A program made the translations under genes and the position numbers. Shown piece after piece: positions 56,791-64,000 of a DNA stretch of 64,000 bases. Origin of the DNA: Candidatus Omnitrophota bacterium (lineage in GTDB: Bacteria; Omnitrophota; Gorgyraeia; Gygaellales; Profunditerraquicolaceae); contig CAWDSS010000010.1 in NCBI GenBank assembly GCA_963805065.1, positions 728,359 through 792,358 of the forward strand, written 5' to 3'. The notes below the pieces were generated by a model that was not told the DNA's origin, ran no database searches, and saw nothing but the letters and a program-made list of their open reading frames with translations. Position 1 is the stretch's first letter; every line of letters begins with the position of its first letter.

Positions 56791-57049
56791 AATAGACTCT
56801 TTAAAAAGGCGACAAAAGCGACATCAAAAACAACCTCTCTAGATTCCGTTTATTAATATTTGCCCCCCAGGCTATTTCGAACCAAATACCGTAATCGTAC
56901 CTTAAAATACCTCTCCAAACTAGCATTATTTGGCTTTATTCTGCCTTATTAAAGTACTTGGAAAGTGGCAAAAGTTGAGATACAATTATAACTAATATTT
57001 GCACGGGCAGCCATAAAATATACCAGAGTAGTTAAACTATTTTGAAAAA

Positions 57050-57883
57050 ATGCCTAAGGCTGGAAATAGAATTATTAAAATAACTGTAAAAATAGCCGCA
57101 GGCTTAATTATACTTCTGGCGGGTTTTTATTTCCTGTGGATTTATCCCAGATACACCCCACCCATACTTACCTATCACAGTTTTGATTACCGAAAAAGCT
57201 TATTATCCGTTTCTCCCGAGAATTTTGAAAGGCAAATGCGCTATCTCAAAGACAAGCGCTTTAATGTTATCTCCTTGGGCGAGTTAATTAAAGGAATAAA
57301 AACAGGGAAAAAATTCAGCCATAACACCATCGTTATTACCATAGACGATGGTTATGAAAATAACTTCAAGCTAGCCTACCCCATCCTTAAGAAATACGGA
57401 TTTCCCGCGATAATATTTTTGACTACCGATCATATAGGTGTTGATAAAAAATTTCTAACTTGGAACGAAATTAAAGAGATGGGGAAAAATAACATTTCTT
57501 TCGGCGGGCATACAAAAACACACGCGTACCTTCCGGCGATAAAGGATAAAAATGTGTTATGGAATGAGATAGCGGGTCCTAAAAAAGTTATCGCAGAACG
57601 AGCCGGAATACCGGTTGATTACTTTTGTTATCCTATCGGCGGCCTGACAGAAGAAGTAAGAATTCTTGTAGAAAAAGCAGGTTATAAGGGAGCCTGCACA
57701 ACCAATCATGGCTCTGATAAGCTAAACAGGAACGATGTTTATGGGCTGAATAGGATTTCAGTTAGAAACGCTAATCCATATTTTTCATTTTCTAATCTAT
57801 GCGCTCCTTTTAGATTCAGGACTAAGCTCTCAGGTTACTATAACCTTTTTAGAAAACCAAACCTTGAGAATAAGAAGCCTTAA
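57050..57883 (+). CDS. polysaccharide deacetylase (NodB homology domain), membrane-anchored
   Basis: It has an N-terminal TM segment, the ITIDDGYENN motif and GGHTKTHAYL. Confidence 0.85.
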   Translation: MPKAGNRIIKITVKIAAGLIILLAGFYFLWIYPRYTPPILTYHSFDYRKSLLSVSPENFERQMRYLKDKRFNVISLGELIKGIKTGKKFSHNTIVITIDDGYENNFKLAYPILKKYGFPAIIFLTTDHIGVDKKFLTWNEIKEMGKNNISFGGHTKTHAYLPAIKDKNVLWNEIAGPKKVIAERAGIPVDYFCYPIGGLTEEVRILVEKAGYKGACTTNHGSDKLNRNDVYGLNRISVRNANPYFSFSNLCAPFRFRTKLSGYYNLFRKPNLENKKP

Positions 57884-57939
57884 ATAAGTAATGTCCACCA
57901 GGGGCAAGGTGACGAGGTATAATTATAAAGGGGTGTATT

Positions 57940-58308
57940 ATGAAGAAAGTCTTAATAGTGGATGATGAATTTGAATTTACTAAAGATTTTGCCAAGGCAT
58001 TGGAGATTTTTGGCTATGAGGCTTATATGGCAGGAGACGGTGAAAGCGCATTTAATGCCGTAGAAAAGAAAAACCCTGATGCCATATTTTGTGATTATAG
58101 GCTGCCTGATATGGATGGAGATAAAATTTTAGAGGAGATAAAAAAAATACATCCTGAAATAAAATTTGTCATGGTTACGGCGTATTACGATGAAGTAGTA
58201 GAAAAGCGTTTTCGCAATTTAGGCGCAGATGAGGTAATATTTAAACCCATAGTCTTGACAGAAATCGAGGCTCTATTAACCAGGCTCCTGGCAAAAAGAG
58301 AATACTGA
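57940..58308 (+). CDS. single-domain response regulator (CheY-like receiver)
   Basis: It contains VLIVDDE, the phospho-acceptor region IFCDYRLPDMDG, and KP near the C-terminus. Confidence 0.85.
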   Translation: MKKVLIVDDEFEFTKDFAKALEIFGYEAYMAGDGESAFNAVEKKNPDAIFCDYRLPDMDGDKILEEIKKIHPEIKFVMVTAYYDEVVEKRFRNLGADEVIFKPIVLTEIEALLTRLLAKREY

Positions 58309-58559
58309 TGTCAACAATAAGAGAATTATTCCACGAAATCGGCAATTGGCACAATAAGATAACCCTGGGTGCTGGCGTAACAAGGCTGGAATTAAAACGC
58401 GAATTCAAAGATAAGCCCTTGCCTAAAGAAACCGAAAAATTAATAGAGAAGCTCACTGAATTAGAGCACCAGGCAGTAGAGGCGAATAACGCCCTTATTC
58501 AACTCAAAAATTTGATTTATGATATAATAGACCCTGATAGCGATAAACCCAGGGGGTAA
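58308..58559 (+). CDS. small helical protein with H-box-like motif (possible phosphotransfer protein)
   Basis: 83 aa. The start overlaps the upstream stop by 1 nt. The motif LFHEIGNWHNKI is followed by predicted helices. Confidence 0.3.
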   Translation: MSTIRELFHEIGNWHNKITLGAGVTRLELKREFKDKPLPKETEKLIEKLTELEHQAVEANNALIQLKNLIYDIIDPDSDKPRG

Positions 58560-58560
58560 A

Positions 58561-59379
58561 ATGGCTGGCCCTAAAAAGATTCTCATTGTCGATGATGAAA
58601 AATATGTCACCGATACATTGGAGGGATTCTTCAGGAGCAAGGGCTACAAGATATTTAAGGCGCAAGACGGCCGCACTAGCTTAAGCTTTATTACTAACGA
58701 GAAACCGGATTTAGTGCTCTTAGACATAAAGTTGCCTAGTGTTGACGGAATTGATATTCTTAGGCTACTACGCCAGTTTTACTCGGGAGTTAAAGTCATT
58801 GTCATGACTGCCTATGACAGGGAGTATAAAACAAAAGCAGAGAGCATTGGATACGATGCATTATTCCTTAAGCCCATTTTGATAGACGAATTAATCATAA
58901 AAGTAGAAGAATTATTATCGCGGGATCCTGCTGTCCAGCAAACAGAAATAACAGAAACAAGGATACCAGAGGGCGTCCTTCCTAAAGCCCGCTTGCTTAT
59001 TGTCAGCCTTAGAGATCCTGTCTTAAGTTTAATCAGGGATTTCTTTGCCAAACAGAATGATTGCCAAGGCGTTTACGAAATAGTCGGGCTTGGCCTGGAA
59101 CAATTGGAATACGTCAAAGATTTTCAGCCGGATATAGTTTTATTAGATGTGGCTTTGATAGGTGCGCTGGGAGAATTTGGTTTAACGCTGATGAAACTGC
59201 CCCAGCCGCCGAAAGAAATCATTATTTTCGGTGACCCTGCCGCGAAATGGGAAGAGGTAGAAACGCTGCTTAAGAACGGCGCCAAACAGGATAATTTACT
59301 GATTAAGGAAATTCTTTCGCGCCTGAATAATTCAGTAAAAGAAATCTGCGCAAAACACCGCTTATTCACCCGTTCTTAA
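58561..59379 (+). CDS. response regulator with an N-terminal receiver and a second receiver-like domain
   Basis: It contains ILIVDDE...LVLLDIKLPSVDG...LKP. A second segment is ARLLIVS...PDIVLLDVAL. Confidence 0.7.
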   Translation: MAGPKKILIVDDEKYVTDTLEGFFRSKGYKIFKAQDGRTSLSFITNEKPDLVLLDIKLPSVDGIDILRLLRQFYSGVKVIVMTAYDREYKTKAESIGYDALFLKPILIDELIIKVEELLSRDPAVQQTEITETRIPEGVLPKARLLIVSLRDPVLSLIRDFFAKQNDCQGVYEIVGLGLEQLEYVKDFQPDIVLLDVALIGALGEFGLTLMKLPQPPKEIIIFGDPAAKWEEVETLLKNGAKQDNLLIKEILSRLNNSVKEICAKHRLFTRS

Positions 59380-59387
59380 AAATATAA

Positions 59388-61454
59388 ATGAATATAACCA
59401 AGAAATTTCCTTCTGGGCTGCCAATATTACTGTTTGTAATGTTGGCAGCTTTTTTTATGCGATTCGCAAATTACATCCTTATGGAAAGGCATAACCCGGT
59501 ATTCAGCCTGCCGCTCGTTGATTCCGCAGAGTATGTGAATGATGCGCATTATTATATAGAGCAGAATTGGCTGGGCAGGTGCGCTGCCTATCGCCATCCT
59601 CCGGCGTATCCTTACGCCATAGCCATATTATTTAAGATATTCGGTAATTCTGTAAAGGTAGTTAAGCTATTTCAAATCCTGCTTGATTTGCTAAATACTT
59701 TTTTTGTTTACCTTATTGCCAAAGAAGTTTTTAATGCAACCGCAGGGTTAGTTGCCTCGGCCTTATACGCACTGTACATGCCGATCATATTTTACAGCAT
59801 AGAAATCCTGCCTCCGATTCTTGCCATATTTTTACTGCTGGCAAGCATACTAAGCCTGATAAAATCCTATCAGCTGCAAAACACCCAAGCCTCAGGGAAA
59901 CCTTGGTTATCTATATCAGGGATTAGTTTTGGCCTGCTGTTGGCAACTATATTTAATTTTATCATCAGCCTTCCGCTCATATTGCTGTGGCAGTATAGAT
60001 GTTTTAAGGGGTCTATTCGCCGCAGGTTAGCTTACTTGTCTATATTCGCCGCGTTTTCTTTGGCTCCTGTAATTCTGACATCAGCCAGGAATTGCATATT
60101 TGCAGATGATTGTGCAGTAGTAACCAGTAACGGCGGCTCGAATTTTTATATCGGCAATAACCAGGATATTTATAAAACAGTTTCGCTGCGCGAGGGCATT
60201 GGGTGGGTGGGTTTAAGATTGTCTCCTTTTCAAACTGTGCAGATACGTAACCTAAGAGATCTGGACTTATTTTTCTATAAACAGGGAAAGGAGTTTGTTG
60301 TGCATCAGCCGCTAAAATGGCTATGGGTAATGCTGAAGAAAACGGTCCTTTTCTTCAATGCTTACGAGTTGCCGCGCAATTTTGATTTTTATTTTTTCAG
60401 CAATTTCTCTGCATTGGCCCGTTTGCCATTGGTGCGGTTTGGGCTAGTTTTACCGCTTGGCCTAAGCGCAATATTGTACCTGATGTTTATGGCGGCAAAC
60501 CACAAACAGCGGCAATTAACCTCTTTAATTCTCATAATATTATTGTCTTATTGTTTCTCCATAATTATCTTTTTCGTCGCAGGCAGGTATCGCCTGCCGA
60601 TTATCCCTCTTTTTATAATTTTAGCTGCGTATTATATTGTTACTTTCATCGGGCATTATGTGAATAGGCAGTACCGCATAGTAGCAGCCATGGTTGCATG
60701 CGCCTGTTTTTTTGCTGCCTTGGCCCAGCAGAAATTTTTCAAAGATAATTATCCCTATCAGCTAGACCTGGCCCACAGTTATGCACAGATTGCCAGGGTT
60801 TTCTTCATGACGCATCAGCCGGATGCTGCCTATGCGTTTGTTCAGGAAGGGCTAAAAAACAAGCCCGATAGTTCTACCTACAAGCTATACTCTTTATTGG
60901 GGCTTTATTATGCGAATACAGGAGAAAGACAAAAGGCAATTGCTTCTTTGGAGAAGACCCTTGAATTAAAACCGGAAAACTTCTTTGACTATGGTAGTAT
61001 TGCAGTGCTTCTGGCGTCGGAAGGAAAGCCTGGGCAGGCAATAGCTTATTTTAAGAAGGGTATCGAAATAGCTCCTTACTATCCGGAAAATTACTTGGGG
61101 CTGGCGCAACTTTACAGCTCCAGAGGCGATGATAATAACGCTGCCTCGGCCCTTTTATCTTACCACAAAACCTGTGTATCCATGCATCCTCTTATTGAGT
61201 ATAATTTAGGTAAATTGTATATGGATGCGTTTAGGGATATGCAAAAAGCGATTACGCATTTTGGAAACGCAGCCCGCTACCCGCAGTTCCTGGATAATTA
61301 TGAAGCAGAATGCTCTGACCTCTATAGCAGGCTGGGATTATGTTACCGGCGCCTTGGTGAGTCAGAAAAAGCAAAACGAACGTGGCTACAAGGTTTAAAG
61401 TTTTTCCCCCGCAATAATTACCTTAAGAATAATCTCGCTATGCTGCAAAGATAA
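59388..61454 (+). CDS. GT-C (ArnT/PMT-like) glycosyltransferase with C-terminal TPR repeats
   Basis: It is multi-TM at the N-terminus, with YRHPPAYPY in the first loop. The C-terminal ~230 aa are TPR-like (LGLYYANTGERQKAIASLEKTLELKP...). Confidence 0.75.
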   Translation: MNITKKFPSGLPILLFVMLAAFFMRFANYILMERHNPVFSLPLVDSAEYVNDAHYYIEQNWLGRCAAYRHPPAYPYAIAILFKIFGNSVKVVKLFQILLDLLNTFFVYLIAKEVFNATAGLVASALYALYMPIIFYSIEILPPILAIFLLLASILSLIKSYQLQNTQASGKPWLSISGISFGLLLATIFNFIISLPLILLWQYRCFKGSIRRRLAYLSIFAAFSLAPVILTSARNCIFADDCAVVTSNGGSNFYIGNNQDIYKTVSLREGIGWVGLRLSPFQTVQIRNLRDLDLFFYKQGKEFVVHQPLKWLWVMLKKTVLFFNAYELPRNFDFYFFSNFSALARLPLVRFGLVLPLGLSAILYLMFMAANHKQRQLTSLILIILLSYCFSIIIFFVAGRYRLPIIPLFIILAAYYIVTFIGHYVNRQYRIVAAMVACACFFAALAQQKFFKDNYPYQLDLAHSYAQIARVFFMTHQPDAAYAFVQEGLKNKPDSSTYKLYSLLGLYYANTGERQKAIASLEKTLELKPENFFDYGSIAVLLASEGKPGQAIAYFKKGIEIAPYYPENYLGLAQLYSSRGDDNNAASALLSYHKTCVSMHPLIEYNLGKLYMDAFRDMQKAITHFGNAARYPQFLDNYEAECSDLYSRLGLCYRRLGESEKAKRTWLQGLKFFPRNNYLKNNLAMLQR

Positions 61455-61539
61455 AAAGAAACCGCTTTCCTAAAGCTACCCTTTACCCATTGAAAACCCC
61501 TTACCTATATAGCATACTTATTGTAACTAACGGCTGATA

Positions 61540-61574
61540 AACCAAGAACCTAGAACCCATAACCTATAACCCAA
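61540..61574 (+). repeat. five tandem heptamers AACCnnn abutting the start codon
   Basis: AACCAAG AACCTAG AACCCAT AACCTAT AACCCAA is followed by TACA and the ATG at 61579. No SD is present. Confidence 0.85.
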
Positions 61575-61578
61575 TACA

Positions 61579-64000
61579 ATGCCACGGAAGATTAATAAGT
61601 TATTATCATTTTTAATCTGTTTTTGTTTTCTCTTTGAGCAAAGCGGCCTTGCGCAAACCCTGCCCTTGCTTCAGCCAACCACTCTGCCTCCCGCGCCATT
61701 ATTACGCTATCTAAGCGTTAATGCTGCCAACCCTTTTAATTATTTCAACTTTTTATTAGACAAAGGGGATGGCTCTATCGATAAAGAAAATCTGAATAAA
61801 GAGGCAAAAAAGCTGATTAATTATTTCTTTTTAGGCATAACCCTGCCCAGCGAATCTTTGTGGGTAAATTTACGGCCTGATGAAGCCGGCAGAATTACCT
61901 CTAATGAAATCTCAAACACAGATTTAGGCAGAGCCCTCCTCGAGCAGGACCTGCAGTTAAAAAAGGATGTTGCAAGGTATATCCATCCATCTCATCCCAA
62001 AGGAAAACAATACTGGGAAAAACTTTATGCTGCCATAGGCAAAGATAAAGTTAAAAAGGTGGAAATTACCACTTCTAACCGTGTGTGGATTGTTCCGGGT
62101 GAGGCGATTGTCCTGGAAACAGAAGACGGCGCTTTTGTAGTATCTGCCAAACTAAAAGTGCTTCTGGAAAATAATTACCTGAAACTAAACCCCAAGGATG
62201 AAACTCAGGCCATCTCTGAAAAACTGATGAAGGAGATAATCCTCCCTCCGTTAACAGAGGAGATAAATAATAGTGCAACTTATGCACCGCTTCGTCAAAT
62301 ATACCAATCCTTAATTTTAGCTGAATGGTTTAAGCGAAAACATAGTAAATCCAACAGCGTATATTCCTACTGCATTAATAAAGGATATACAAACGGATTA
62401 GAATCATAACTTCCCTGGTCAAAACAGGCAATCTGGCAGGAATATTTAAAGTCTTACAAAAACGGAGAATACAAATTAGATGATAGCTTATTTGGGTTAA
62501 GAAGGACATATTTTAGTGGAGGGATAACTTTAGCTTTGGCTAAGACTCCCGGGAGTTCACCAATTAATGGCGAGAAAGGTTCTCAAGCCGGAGCAGCTGG
62601 TTTAACAGTATTTAATCTTAAGGGTATTGAGGAAAACGCAAGCCTGGGCAATAGCAACACAGGTAATTCAACCATGTTACCCAACAGTGAAATAATGCGC
62701 CTATTAAAGTCAGTCAATTTGTCTGTTTCCGACACTTCCATTGCTGATATCCCAAAGCAGCTGCGTTTATCTTTTGCAAATTCAGCATTGCTTATCTCCG
62801 CCACAAGCCCGGTTATAGAAAATAAGTTTCCGAATAGTAACATGCAAGTATTATCAATAGGAGAGGCGCCCTCGACGAAATCGGTTTATCAGCCGATTAC
62901 AGGCCCGTCCGAAAGAGGCGTCTCTTCGACTAAAATCGCCGACTCACCGATGAATACAAAAATTGCCGCCTCGTCTATAAAGAGTTGGGCGACAAGAGCG
63001 CTTGTAGTTAGTAGCTTAGCCACGCTTTTGGTTACGGGTTTACATGCGAATATCTATGGTAGCGATATTGGAATGCAGCAAAAAAATCCTTTTGCTACTA
63101 CAGAATTATTAGTGTTAAAGGGTGACCAAAACGCCTTCAAAGAATTAACCAAACAGGCACAGGAAGGTAATATAAATGCCATCATGGCTGCGATTGACCT
63201 TAAGTCACAGGGTGTTGAAAAGGTCGACACCTTATTGCGCAATCTTGATCTTAAGCCATGCGTTGAGAGGAGCAAAGGAGATGCAAGAAATATCGTAAAA
63301 ATTCTAAATTTTCTTGTTGTCTATTTCAATCATGACCAAGCCAAAAAAATCTCAAATAAACTTGATATTACGCCGTTTAAGCAGCCTAATGAAGAAAATA
63401 TTATGATTTTGGACAGCCTCGCCATTAATGGCAATAATAAGCAGGCACAGAGGGAATTGCATTTATATGAGGTTGATGAATTTATCCAGAAGGCTCAAAA
63501 AATGGATAAAGATGCCTTTGATGTTTTAGAATTTTTAGTAAATAATTATCATAACGAAAAAGCTATTATGGGGTTGCGCAATTTAAAAGTTGATGAATTT
63601 TTAAAAGATGCTGAGAAGGGGGATATTGATGCCCTTGACACAGCACACGTGCTGGGAAGATTTTATAATAATAAGCAAGCCAGCAAGGGATTGAGTCTTA
63701 TGGATGGTAGGATATATATCAGCCAGGCTCAAGATGAAAATAATTATATGAGACTCAAATATATTGATGCTGTGCATACATTACTCGAAAACAATAATAA
63801 ATCAGTTGCAGAAAAATTGATTGATTTGACTATTAAAGATAAATGGGATGCTGCGCCTAACATATTATCAGATGCATGTAATAAGATAGTCCGTCAACTC
63901 CGCGCTGCTCATCTTGATGAAGGGATTTCTGATAAAGAGTTAAAAAACCGTCTTACCGAAAGAAGTTTTAATAATCCATTTATGCTTTATAGGTTATATT
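61579..64000 (+). pseudogene. paralogue of the giant protein, interrupted by an in-frame TAA at 62407-62409 and open to the window end
   Basis: The same frame stays open from 62410 to 64000 by manual translation. Homology to 48454-55128 continues across the stop (NKGYTNGLES*LPWSKQAIWQEYLKSYKNGEYK...RTYFSGG vs DKGKVKGIDLADKDAKDKIYNLYVEAFKKGVYNY...RQYFSGG). Confidence 0.65.

Noticed and set aside
61540-61574. CRISPR array or other long tandem repeat anywhere in the window
   Set aside because: No repeat-spacer periodicity of 25-40 bp was seen. The only tandem array is this 35-bp heptamer run, which is far too short.
62407-62409. The in-frame TAA as evidence for an alternative genetic code
   Set aside because: TAA terminates many well-supported genes in this window (for example the portal, major capsid and TetR genes), so global reassignment is implausible.

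Overview
A 64-kb bacterial window, AT-rich by eye and coding almost entirely on the + strand. The lineage cannot be assigned from sequence alone. All domain calls rest on motif recognition by eye, with no database search run.

Layout:
1. 0.6-18.9 kb: a siphovirus-like late/structural module. It has lambda-type gpW-like, portal, protease/scaffold, decoration and major capsid genes, then a tail tube and a G/GT chaperone pair with an A_AAA_AAC -1 frameshift site. A tape measure follows, then an RcGTA g12-g15-like distal tail set ending in a 1362-aa NlpC/P60 plus host-specificity fusion, then small membrane ORFs. No terminase, integrase or replication genes lie inside the window.
2. 19.0-23.6 kb: a TetR-controlled TolC/HlyD/MFS efflux operon with twin promoter-operator units.
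3. 23.7-35.9 kb: an accessory/defence stretch. It holds a PAS-like protein, an HD-GYP protein and a patatin lipoprotein. Next is a six-gene CBASS-type-II-like operon with atypical architecture: a leaderless HTH-JAB fusion, a separate E2, an untracked 58-aa ORF, a separate E1, a CD-NTase-like enzyme and a NucC-like nuclease. A type II R-M pair, an orphan 348-aa protein and a SAM methyltransferase behind a G10 tract complete it.
4. 35.9-39.1 kb (- strand): a large serine recombinase plus DUF2924 cassette.
5. 39.3-45.0 kb: a second defence cluster with an AbiGi-like + PIN-like pair, a GIY-YIG-like protein, a patatin, and TIR + Zn-ribbon + PIN-like genes.
6. 45-48 kb: small periplasmic and metabolic genes.
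7. 48.5-55.1 kb: a 2224-aa secreted giant protein punctuated by about a dozen x-[AGS]-S-P-[IVLA] motifs. A paralogue runs from 61.6 kb to the window end, broken by an in-frame TAA and preceded by five AACCnnn heptamers instead of an SD.
8. 55.9-61.5 kb: envelope and regulation genes (FkbM methyltransferase, polysaccharide deacetylase, a REC/small-His/REC triad, GT-C/TPR glycosyltransferase).

Two diverged ~229-bp direct repeats (36327-36555 and 55500-55727) each begin with an sRNA-like two-hairpin unit that ends in a terminator. They bracket the recombinase-to-giant-gene segment.

Best candidates for something new are the split E1/E2/HTH-JAB CBASS-like operon, the SP-punctuated giant protein family, the repeat/sRNA-bracketed island and the TIR/Zn-ribbon/PIN trio.
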